Assembly (NCBI GenBank): GCA_963769425.1 | Contig: CAVYLP010000006.1 | Span: 576,001 to 640,000 of the forward strand | DNA from: Candidatus Bathyarchaeota archaeon | Lineage (GTDB): Archaea > Thermoproteota > Bathyarchaeia > TCS64 | Direction of reading: 5' to 3' | Length of the DNA: 64,000 nt | Shown here: piece after piece, positions 48,671-57,011 of the stretch | Layout of the letters: every line of letters begins with the position of its first letter | How positions within the stretch are numbered: position 1 is the first letter of the stretch | The notes under the pieces: generated by a model | Database searches by the model: none | What the model saw: the letters and a program-made list of their open reading frames with translations, nothing else | What the model was told of the DNA's origin: nothing | Program-made: the position numbers and the translations under genes

Positions 48671-49603
48671 ATGGAATTTAGTCTGTACATCAGGCCGGCG
48701 GACACATACCCGGCCATGCTTGAACTGTCGCGGTACGCCGAGGGGCTCGGCCTTTTCGGCGTCTTCGTGAACGACCACATTGAAGGGCTGAGCGGGGACA
48801 GGAAGGAGCCTTACCTCGAGTCCTTCACCGCGCTGGCGGGGATAGGTGTCGAGACGAAGAAGATCAGGGTCGGGCATATAACCCTCTTCAACAGCATGAG
48901 GAACCCAGCCCTCCTCGCGAAGATGATCACCACCCTCGACGTCATGACTGGTGGGCGCTACGAGACCATTCTCGGTGCAGGTTGGAACGAGCCCGAGTAC
49001 CTCGGCTACGACCTCATGGGGGGTGGAGCGGGTATACCGGAGGCCGGTGAACGGGTCACCCGCCTCAAGGAGGCCGCTCAGATCCTTAGGGGCATGTTCG
49101 ACAACGAGGTCTTCAGCTTCGAGGGCAAGTACTGGAAGCTCAAGGAGGCCGTGAACGTGCCGGCCCCCGTGCAGAAGCCTATGAGGCTCAGCATCGGCGC
49201 GAGGCAGCCGAGGATGATCAGCATCGCCGCAAAGTACGCCGACGGCATGAACGGTAGCGGCAACATGAACGCGATCAAGGGCTACCTGAAGATCCTTGAG
49301 CCGGAGCTCGAGAAGAATGGGCGCAAGATGAGGGACTTCTATCTCCACGGCTTCACCACCATAACGCCCACTAAGACGAAGGCGGAGACAGACGAGCTAC
49401 TGAAGAAGATCGCGAAGGATAAGCCCGTAAAGGAGGTGGCAGACGACGTGTTCGTCGGGACCCCCGACATGCTCGTCGAGAAGTTACGCGCCTGCAGCGA
49501 CTTGGGACTCAAGATGATGATCGTGATCCCGAGGAGCAGTAAGCTCGGTGAGATAAAGGAGACCTGCACCGTCCTCAGGGACGAGGTCTTCCGCCGACTC
49601 TAG
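48671..49603 (+). CDS. LLM-class (F420/flavin-dependent) oxidoreductase
   Basis: V.DH, RNPALLAKM.TTLD..TGGR...LGAGW..PE, YADG.N. Confidence 0.9.
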   Translation: MEFSLYIRPADTYPAMLELSRYAEGLGLFGVFVNDHIEGLSGDRKEPYLESFTALAGIGVETKKIRVGHITLFNSMRNPALLAKMITTLDVMTGGRYETILGAGWNEPEYLGYDLMGGGAGIPEAGERVTRLKEAAQILRGMFDNEVFSFEGKYWKLKEAVNVPAPVQKPMRLSIGARQPRMISIAAKYADGMNGSGNMNAIKGYLKILEPELEKNGRKMRDFYLHGFTTITPTKTKAETDELLKKIAKDKPVKEVADDVFVGTPDMLVEKLRACSDLGLKMMIVIPRSSKLGEIKETCTVLRDEVFRRL

Positions 49604-49672
49604 CCTGCATCGGGTAAATGATTCTAACTTGGCAGAAGAAGGATTGTGCCCGATGTGTGCCGGAGGGCACCT

Positions 49673-50629
49673 TTACCTTCCGCCCGCTGGGATTGCGTTA
49701 AAATCCATGGGGGGTAGGTCGAAGGGCTTCACTCTCATGGCGTCCTCCAGCCCCTTGACCCTGTTCCTCAGGGTGACCTCAGTGGTGCCCGCCGCCTCGG
49801 CGACCTCCTTCTGCGTCCTCTTGTCCCTGTTCTTGACGCAGCTTAGGTAGAGCGCGGCCGCCGCGAGTCCCCTCGGGTCCTTCCCGGAGAGCTCCTGCCT
49901 CGCCTTCGCCTCCCTGAGTATCTCGACGGCGACCTGCTCGGTCACTCTCTTCAGGTTGAGCTTCGAGGCGATCCCGGGGACGAATTTTTCAGATTCGTTC
50001 AGGGGCATCTTCATCCCAAGGTCCTTGATGAGTAATCTGTAGGTCCTCGCGACGTCGCCCACGTCGCGGCGGCTCTCGGTGGCGATTGTTTTGAGGGGCC
50101 TGGGTATGCCCTGCATGCGGCACGTCGCGTAGATACAGGCGGCGACGAATGAGTCGATGCTCCTGCCCCTGATCATGTCCCTGTTTAGGGCCTTCCTGTA
50201 TAGGGTCGCGGCGTGGTTCTTCGCGTTCTCGGGGAGGTGGATAGCCGTGGATAGCCTGCTTAGCTCAGCCATGGCGATGCTCAGGTTACGGGCCTGCGTG
50301 TCGTTGACCTTAGACCTGTTGTCGTACTTCTTCAGGCGGTACATCTTGTCGATAGCCTTCATGTTCAGGGGCTTGCCGGTGCCGTCCCTGAGGCAGTTGA
50401 AGCTCGTCGACATACCCTGATCCCAGAGGGAGGGTGTGAGGGCGTGGCCAGCCCTTGACCTGCCGATTTCGGAGAACTCGAAGGCCCTCCACTCGGCACC
50501 CGAGTCGACGATGGAGTTTATTACGAGTCCGCACTCTCCGCAGACCTCTTCGCCGGCTTCCTGATCCCTAATAATGTGGGTTCCCTGACACTTCGGGCAA
50601 ACGTGACTATACTCTTCTTCCATTTTCAT
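49673..50629 (-). CDS. tfb: Transcription initiation factor IIB (TFB paralog)
   Basis: CPKC...VCGECG Zn ribbon, EWRAF, IRGRSI, GKDPRGLAAAALY, TEVTLRNR. Confidence 0.95.
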   Translation of the reverse strand: MKMEEEYSHVCPKCQGTHIIRDQEAGEEVCGECGLVINSIVDSGAEWRAFEFSEIGRSRAGHALTPSLWDQGMSTSFNCLRDGTGKPLNMKAIDKMYRLKKYDNRSKVNDTQARNLSIAMAELSRLSTAIHLPENAKNHAATLYRKALNRDMIRGRSIDSFVAACIYATCRMQGIPRPLKTIATESRRDVGDVARTYRLLIKDLGMKMPLNESEKFVPGIASKLNLKRVTEQVAVEILREAKARQELSGKDPRGLAAAALYLSCVKNRDKRTQKEVAEAAGTTEVTLRNRVKGLEDAMRVKPFDLPPMDFNAIPAGGR

Positions 50630-50646
50630 TCACTCTCTCCATGGTT

Positions 50647-50913
50647 TCAAACGTAGTCCTGAAGAAGCTCGGACGGGGCCTCCGACTCCAATGGGCCGTC
50701 ATCTACTTGCGAACCTGTTCGAGGCATAAGGGTGACGAACACCGAGCCGCCCTTGTCGAGGTGGAGGAAGAACTCCTCGAAGTCGATTTCACGGGTCTCC
50801 CTAACCTCGACTTCGTCCTCGTTCTCACCTAAATAGTAGACGAGGAACTGTGAGCCCTTCCACACGACCGTCGGCCACAGGCTATTCTTGCTCTTCATTA
50901 TGAGCCTCTTCAT
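50647..50913 (-). CDS. Small hypothetical protein co-oriented with tfb
   Basis: 88-aa ORF ending 17 nt upstream of tfb. Confidence 0.65.
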   Translation of the reverse strand: MKRLIMKSKNSLWPTVVWKGSQFLVYYLGENEDEVEVRETREIDFEEFFLHLDKGGSVFVTLMPRTGSQVDDGPLESEAPSELLQDYV

Positions 50914-51037
50914 GACACGCGCCTGAATCTAAGCTCCAACGTGGAAGGGATAACATTGGGTCAGTAACAATAGAACGTGCTAGGTGATTGTAACAAGTGA
51001 ACGAACAATTTAAATTATTGTCGTTTGAGCTAAATCC

Positions 51038-52672
51038 ATGGCAACCGAGAGGCTCGCCGCCAAGCTTAGGGGCTTCGGGCTCGAGAAGGATGAGGCGGAG
51101 ATCTACGTCTTCATCTCCGCATCGGGCCCTACCCCCGCCAGGGTCGTGGCGAGGAGGTTCAACCTCAACCGCATGAAGGCCTACAGGAGCCTCAAGGCGC
51201 TGGAGGAGAAGGAGTTCGTCCAGCGCGTCATGGGTAGGCCGGTGAAGTTCGTCGCCGCCCCCCTTAGGGTCGTCATCGACCGCCAGATGGGTAGCCTCCA
51301 CCAGACGATCTCTGACCTCGAAGCGAACCAAGACGCCTTCATCCGGGAGTGGGAGAACCTCGCGAGCGGCTCGGAGCAGCGCCCGGAGGAGCCGAGGTTC
51401 CGCATCTTCCAGGGGAGGCAGCAGGTCTTCGAGTTACTACTGGAGATGTACGACAGGGCGCATGATACAGTCAGGCTAGTCACGACGACGAGTGACCTCG
51501 CCCGCCTCAGCCTCTGGGGGCTCGACGACAAGCTGAAGGCGCTGAACAGGCAGGGGAAGAAGATCAGGGTCCTCACTCAGATCGACTCGGAGAACTGGAA
51601 GGAGGTCGAGCCTTACAGTGGTTTCGCGGAGACCCGACATATTACCCTTCAGACACCGATCAGGTTCGCCATCATAGATGGTGGTGAGGCCCTGACAACC
51701 GTCGCCATGGACGACTCTATGAGCATGACGACGAGCGCCGACACTGGCCTCTGGACGGACGCGCCGAGCTACGTGGCGGCCCTCGGGATATTCTTCGATG
51801 CCCTTTGGAGCCTCGCACCTGACGCGGAGTCGGTTATAGAGTCACTGAAGACGGGGGAGCCGACCCCCGAGATCAGGACGTACACGACCCAGGAGGAGTA
51901 TGTCTCCATCTTCAGGGGCATGATCGCCAAAGCCACTAGGACGGTAGACATCATTGCTAGGAACGCGACGATGCTCCCGGTGCCGCTCTCGGGGCTCGAG
52001 GAGGTGGCGGGTAGGGGTGTAAACGTGAGGCTGCTCACCCGAACGGATGAGGAGACCCTACCAGAGGTGAGCAGGATCGCCGATACGCCAATAGTCGTAT
52101 CGGAGAACGCCGCCGTCACCGACCTCGTCTTCCTCGCCGTCGACGGGAAGGAGGTTCTCCTTAATGTGCCCCACGCCGAGTCGCAGAAGCGTACCATCTG
52201 GTCCAACATGCCCGCCTACGTGGGCACAATGCTGCTCGTCTTCAAGGACTACTGGGAGCTAGGTAAGCCTCTGCAGGAGAGGCTGCGCCTCGCTGCCCAG
52301 CGGCGGAGGGCGGAGCTTCTATCCAAGAAGATCCGTGAGGGATTCGAGGGTGCGGGCTGGGCGGCGGAGACTCCCGGCGTCGTCGCCGGCACATCTTCCA
52401 AGAGCTACACCTTCGACGTCCTCGCAAGGGACCCCGCCAACACGGACAGCCGCCTCTGCATCGATGTGGTCGTGAACGAGCCCGTCTATAACAAGATAAT
52501 CGAGAGGAGCAACGTCGTCCCCGACCTGGCTGCCTCAAGATACGTCATCGCCTCCATGATGCCCTTCAAGACGGAGGAGCTGAGGCTCGCCGAACTGTAC
52601 CGCATCAGGATTATCCACTCGGACACGGAGGAGGGGCTCGTCTCCTCCCTCGTCAAGCTGGTGCAGAGATAG
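51038..52672 (+). CDS. TrmB-family regulator (wHTH, two effector domains, C-terminal restriction-endonuclease-like domain)
   Basis: FGL...EAEIY...Y.SL..L.EK.FV....RP.KF; duplicated 'IID..E.L' domains; G.S.KSYTFDVLA C-terminal motif. Confidence 0.8.
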   Translation: MATERLAAKLRGFGLEKDEAEIYVFISASGPTPARVVARRFNLNRMKAYRSLKALEEKEFVQRVMGRPVKFVAAPLRVVIDRQMGSLHQTISDLEANQDAFIREWENLASGSEQRPEEPRFRIFQGRQQVFELLLEMYDRAHDTVRLVTTTSDLARLSLWGLDDKLKALNRQGKKIRVLTQIDSENWKEVEPYSGFAETRHITLQTPIRFAIIDGGEALTTVAMDDSMSMTTSADTGLWTDAPSYVAALGIFFDALWSLAPDAESVIESLKTGEPTPEIRTYTTQEEYVSIFRGMIAKATRTVDIIARNATMLPVPLSGLEEVAGRGVNVRLLTRTDEETLPEVSRIADTPIVVSENAAVTDLVFLAVDGKEVLLNVPHAESQKRTIWSNMPAYVGTMLLVFKDYWELGKPLQERLRLAAQRRRAELLSKKIREGFEGAGWAAETPGVVAGTSSKSYTFDVLARDPANTDSRLCIDVVVNEPVYNKIIERSNVVPDLAASRYVIASMMPFKTEELRLAELYRIRIIHSDTEEGLVSSLVKLVQR

Positions 52673-52678
52673 AGCCTA

Positions 52679-52694
52679 CAAACCTTTTTATTCG
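52679..52694 (+). promoter_or_regulatory. BRE/TATA promoter of ilvB copy 2 (CAAACCTTTTTATTCG)
   Basis: Matches the copy-1 promoter; 44 nt to the mini-ORF 1 ATG. Confidence 0.7.
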
Positions 52695-52738
52695 CATCAC
52701 TGTTTGGATAGCTTACATCCCAACTGGGAGGATGGAAC

Positions 52739-52783
52739 ATGGGGTATTGCTTTGTCGAGCCCCCGACCACGGGGGAGAGTTGA
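52739..52783 (+). CDS. Leader mini-ORF 1 of ilvB copy 2 (MGYCFVEPPTTGES*)
   Basis: GGAGG 7 nt upstream; 14 codons; stop abuts the next ATG. Confidence 0.55.
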   Translation: MGYCFVEPPTTGES

Positions 52784-52810
52784 ATGGGGAATCGCATTCT
52801 TAGTCCCTAG
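52784..52810 (+). CDS. Leader mini-ORF 2 of ilvB copy 2 (MGNRILSP*)
   Basis: TGA-ATG junction; GGAG upstream; homolog of 30913-30936. Confidence 0.55.
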   Translation: MGNRILSP

Positions 52811-52873
52811 ATTCCCGTCCGAGACCGAGTTATGGATTGAAGATCCAAGGAACACTTCTGGAGGATTCCATGC

Positions 52874-54559
52874 ATGCCTGAGATGACCGGCGCCGAGGCA
52901 TACGTCAAAGCGCTTGAGAAGGAGGGCGTCGAGTATATCTTCGGGATAACCGGCGCCGCGATCATACCGATCTGCGATGAGTTGCTGAAGTCGAAGATGC
53001 GCTACGTCGGGGGTGTCCACGAGCAGGGCTCGACCCACATGGCTGACGGCTACGCGCGCGTCTCTGGGAGGCCCGGAGTCGTGCAGGTGACGAGCGGCCC
53101 GGGTGCCACGAATATAGTGACCGGACTCGCCACGGCGCAGCTCGACTCGTCGCCCGTCGTCGCACTCACTGGGCAGGTCCCACTCAGTATGGTGGGCACC
53201 GACGCCTTCCAGGAGGTCGACATCATAGGCATCACTGCGTCCGTCACCAAGCACAACATACAGGTCATGGAGGCGGCGGAGATACCGCACGCCATCAAGT
53301 CGGCCTTCTACATCTCATCTACCGGTAGAAAGGGCGCGGTCCTCGTCGACATACCGAAGGACACACAGACCGACAAGGCCGAGATGACCTTCCCCGACAG
53401 CGTTGAGTTCAGAGGCTACCACCCGAACACTGAGCCAAATCCCCAGGAGATGCACTGGGCCGCGACGCTCCTCACAAAGGCGCGGAGACCCGTAATAATC
53501 GCCGGCGGGGGGGCCGTGGCATCCGGAGCCACTGCTGAGCTCGTCGAGCTAGCCGAGATGCTGCAGGCGCCCGTCGCCCACAGCCTAATGGGCAAGGGCG
53601 CGATTCCGAGCAACCACCCGCTCTGCCTCGGCCTGTGCGGCATGCACGGCCGCGTCGAGGCGAACTACATCGTCCCCGAGGCCGATGTCCTCCTAGTGGT
53701 CGGGGCTCGCTTCAGCGACCGCACAACCGGCTCCCTCAGCGGCTTCGCTCCTAACGCGAGGATAATCCACATCGACGTGGACAGGAGCGAGATAGACAAG
53801 AACGTCGACAGCATCACCCGAATAGTCGGTGATGCGAAGCTCGCCATCCGCGGTATAAGGGAGAAGATTGCCCAGCAGAGGGCTACAGGTCCGACCGACG
53901 CCGCTCTCGTGAAGCGCATAGCCGAGCTCAGGGCGCAGACCAACACGCTGTATACTGACGCTCCACTCTCGGGCCCACAAGTAATAAGGGCCATCAGGAG
54001 GGCGATGCCTCCCGAGAGCATCGTTGTCACAGACGTCGGGCAACACCAGATGTGGGCTGCGCAGCACTATGACGTCCGCGGCCCCGGCGAGTTCTTCACG
54101 AGCGGGGGACTGGGCACGATGGGCTGGGGCACGCCGGCAGCGATAGGGGCGAAGGCAGCGAGGCCAGACCTCCCAGTGCTTAACATCTCGGGAGATGGCA
54201 GCTTCGCCATGACGGAGAACAACCTGGCGCTCGCCGTAGACGAGGGATTCCCGATAACCGTCGTTATTCTGAACAACGGAGTCCTCGGCATGGTCGCTCA
54301 GTGGCAGCGCCTCTTCTATGACCGCAGGTACAGCACCATTAAGAGGCCGAAACACCCGGACTTCGCCAAACTCGCGGAAACCTACGGGGCGACCGGCGTG
54401 AAAGCCGAGTCAATAAAGGACATCGAGACCGCAATAAAACGGAGCATAAAGGAGAAGCATACCACTGTCATCGACGTACCGATCGACCCCGAGGAGAACG
54501 TTTACCCTATGATCCCGCCGGGCATGGGTCTCAAGGACATCCTCTTGGGAGGCGCATGA
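52874..54559 (+). CDS. ilvB: Acetolactate synthase large subunit (copy 2)
   Basis: HEQGSTHMADGYAR, TSGPGATN, TSGGLGTMG, GDGSF, LGMVAQWQ. Confidence 0.95.
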   Translation: MPEMTGAEAYVKALEKEGVEYIFGITGAAIIPICDELLKSKMRYVGGVHEQGSTHMADGYARVSGRPGVVQVTSGPGATNIVTGLATAQLDSSPVVALTGQVPLSMVGTDAFQEVDIIGITASVTKHNIQVMEAAEIPHAIKSAFYISSTGRKGAVLVDIPKDTQTDKAEMTFPDSVEFRGYHPNTEPNPQEMHWAATLLTKARRPVIIAGGGAVASGATAELVELAEMLQAPVAHSLMGKGAIPSNHPLCLGLCGMHGRVEANYIVPEADVLLVVGARFSDRTTGSLSGFAPNARIIHIDVDRSEIDKNVDSITRIVGDAKLAIRGIREKIAQQRATGPTDAALVKRIAELRAQTNTLYTDAPLSGPQVIRAIRRAMPPESIVVTDVGQHQMWAAQHYDVRGPGEFFTSGGLGTMGWGTPAAIGAKAARPDLPVLNISGDGSFAMTENNLALAVDEGFPITVVILNNGVLGMVAQWQRLFYDRRYSTIKRPKHPDFAKLAETYGATGVKAESIKDIETAIKRSIKEKHTTVIDVPIDPEENVYPMIPPGMGLKDILLGGA

Positions 54560-54560
54560 T

Positions 54561-55055
54561 ATGCCACTGCACACAGTTAGCTTCCTCGTCGAGAACAAGC
54601 CCGGGGTCCTATTCAAGGTCGCCAACCTCTTCAGGCGCCGAGGCTACAACATACAGAGCCTCACCGTCGGCCCCGTCGAGGGGAGCCCACTCAGTAGGAT
54701 GACCGTCGTCGTCGACGCCGAGAGCCGCATCCTCAACCAGATAGTCGAGCAACTCGACAAGATGGTTGACGTCGTCAAGGTGAAGCGCCTTGACCCCATC
54801 AGGACTCTGAGTAGGGAGCTGCTCCTGATTAAGCTGAAGACTTCTGACCCGATAGCGAGGATCGAGGCGGTGAACACTGTGAACGCCTACCACGGCCTCA
54901 TACTCGACGTCGAGCCCGACATCCTCATTGCGGAGGTCACGGGTCCCACCGACGAAATCGACGGGTTCCTGAAGAGGATCGCCCCTATCGGCATCGAGGA
55001 GATGAGCAGAACGGGAGCGGCCGCGATCGAGAGGGGCAACGTCAAGCTCGCATAA
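54561..55055 (+). CDS. ilvN: Acetolactate synthase regulatory subunit (copy 2)
   Basis: LVENKPGVL, NIQSLTVG, QLDKMVDVVKV, RELLLIK. Confidence 0.92.
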   Translation: MPLHTVSFLVENKPGVLFKVANLFRRRGYNIQSLTVGPVEGSPLSRMTVVVDAESRILNQIVEQLDKMVDVVKVKRLDPIRTLSRELLLIKLKTSDPIARIEAVNTVNAYHGLILDVEPDILIAEVTGPTDEIDGFLKRIAPIGIEEMSRTGAAAIERGNVKLA

Positions 55056-55146
55056 GCTCCGAATGCTCAATTTCAAGTCGTTTTAATGGATCATTTGTCG
55101 CCTTAATCGTCAGTTCTTAATACAGGCGCTGCAATACTCACCCCCC

Positions 55147-56190
55147 ATGTGCCAGCTTGTCGGGTACATCGGCGACAGGCCGATCGCCCCATTCATACTC
55201 ACGGCCCTAGAACTGCAGGAGGCCTACTTCGGCGCGCACGCCACGGGTATGGGCGTAGTCGACCCGAAGGGGAAGATCCAGATCCAGAAGGCGACGGGTC
55301 CAGTCGCCTCCGTGAAGAAGTCGACCAGCATCACGAAGCTCAAGGGGAACGTCGGCATCGGTCACAGCAGGTACAGCCTCATCGCGCGTGAGGACCCTCG
55401 CTGCGATATAGACTCGATGTGCCACCCATTCACCAACGACGCCGGCGACATCGCGATGATGCACAACGGCGACATCGCCAACTTCAAGGAGCACTGGGAC
55501 CTCCTCAAGCCCAACCACAAGTTCAAGGGCTACAACCCCGCCGTCGACTGGATAACCGACAGCGAAGTCGCCGTCCATATGATCGACGAGGAGGTCAAGA
55601 AAGGCGCCGGGTTCGACGAAGCGCTACGCACCGTAATGCCTAAACTCACGGGTCAAGTCCTCTTATGCCTCATATGTGAGAAGGAACCCGACGCCATCTG
55701 GATCGCCAACAGGTGGCAGCCCTGCTACCTTGGCGTCGGAAAGGACGAGGCGATGTGGGTCAGCAGTAAGGTCGGCCTCGAACCCGTCAAGGACGAGCTG
55801 AAGAAGATCTACTCGCCGCCGAAGAACAGCCTCATCAAACTCACCAGGGGCAAGGCGGACGTTCAGATCCTCGACCCAAACTACAAGGTCGCCGACCTGA
55901 AGCTGAACAAGAAGATACTCAAGGAGGGGATACTGAGCATCCTTGGCGTCTCGGACCTCGACTTCCACCGCCTCTGGTACTCACTCGACAAGACCCACTG
56001 GGCAAAGGCATACGGAGTCGACCAGGGTGAGTGGAAGACCCTGCGCCGAGATTACGGCGTCAGCATCGTCAACCCCCTTATAGAGACCCTAGATGAGTTG
56101 ATCGAGGCGGGGAAGGTCGAGAGGAGCATCGACTACCGCCGCGAGGGGTGTACCGCAAAGACGCCGCGGTTCCTCTTCAGCCTAGTTTAA
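55147..56190 (+). CDS. Class II (Ntn) glutamine amidotransferase-domain protein with extra C-terminal domain
   Basis: MCQLVG N-terminal Cys, IGHSRY, HPF, HNGDIAN, TDSEV. Confidence 0.8.
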   Translation: MCQLVGYIGDRPIAPFILTALELQEAYFGAHATGMGVVDPKGKIQIQKATGPVASVKKSTSITKLKGNVGIGHSRYSLIAREDPRCDIDSMCHPFTNDAGDIAMMHNGDIANFKEHWDLLKPNHKFKGYNPAVDWITDSEVAVHMIDEEVKKGAGFDEALRTVMPKLTGQVLLCLICEKEPDAIWIANRWQPCYLGVGKDEAMWVSSKVGLEPVKDELKKIYSPPKNSLIKLTRGKADVQILDPNYKVADLKLNKKILKEGILSILGVSDLDFHRLWYSLDKTHWAKAYGVDQGEWKTLRRDYGVSIVNPLIETLDELIEAGKVERSIDYRREGCTAKTPRFLFSLV

Positions 56191-56197
56191 ATTCTTT

Positions 56198-56237
56198 TTA
56201 GGCTAGCCTAACATTTATATTTTAGGCACGCCCTAAA
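56198..56237. promoter_or_regulatory. Two DtxR-type operator palindromes flanking the TATA box of dtxR-feoB
   Basis: Perfect TTAGGCTAGCCTAA (56198-56211), TTTATAT (56214-56220), TTTAGG-N5-CCTAAA (56221-56237). Confidence 0.8.
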
Positions 56238-56252
56238 TTCCCTCGATAAGCC

Positions 56253-57011
56253 GTGAGCGAGAGCGTCGAGGAGTACCTAGAGGCGATCTACGCCTACAAC
56301 GAGAAGGGAGAGCTTGCGAAAAACCAGGACCTGTCCGAGAGGCTGCGAGTCTCTCCGCCCAGCGTCACAGAGATGACGAAGAAGCTCGCCGAGGAGGGCC
56401 TCGTCACATATGAGCCCTACAAGGGGGTCATGCTTACCGGCAAGGGGATGGCGAAAGCCCAGAGGGTCGTCCGCAAGCACAGGCTACTCGAACGCTTCCT
56501 CCGCGACACACTCGGCATGGGATTGGAGAAAGTGCATGATGAGGCGTGCAGGATGGAGCACTCGATTGGCGAAGAGACCGCCGCTGCCCTCTGCGACTCA
56601 CTCAAGAGCCCAAAGACTTGCCCCGACGATGGAAAACCCATCCCCGCCTGCACCTTAGAGGCGGGTGATTGCTCTCAATGCAAGACTGTAAGGGAGACGG
56701 GGGGAGTTTACAAGCTCCTTACGCAACTCAGCCACCTCAGGCCGGGGGAAGCCGGTGTAGTCGCCTTCGTCCGAGAGACGGGCCACGCATCCCAGAGGAT
56801 AATGGACATGGGGCTATGCCCCGGAACACGTGTACGCGTCGTCAACGCAGCCCCCTTCCATGGCCCGGTGGAGGTCTCCGTCAGGAGCACCAGCCTCGCG
56901 ATCGGCAGGGAGCTAGCCGAGAAGATCTACGTGGAGGTCGAGAATGGTGAGGCGCCAATCCCCCACCCCCACGGCCCGCACCACATCGCCGATAAAGTGA
57001 GTAGCCAATGA
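56253..57011 (+). CDS. DtxR/MntR-family metal-dependent repressor with FeoA domain
   Basis: EEYLEAIY, VSPPSVTEM, RKHRLLERFL, EAC.MEH, CPD.GKPIP; C-terminal MGL.PG FeoA domain. Confidence 0.92.
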   Translation: MSESVEEYLEAIYAYNEKGELAKNQDLSERLRVSPPSVTEMTKKLAEEGLVTYEPYKGVMLTGKGMAKAQRVVRKHRLLERFLRDTLGMGLEKVHDEACRMEHSIGEETAAALCDSLKSPKTCPDDGKPIPACTLEAGDCSQCKTVRETGGVYKLLTQLSHLRPGEAGVVAFVRETGHASQRIMDMGLCPGTRVRVVNAAPFHGPVEVSVRSTSLAIGRELAEKIYVEVENGEAPIPHPHGPHHIADKVSSQ

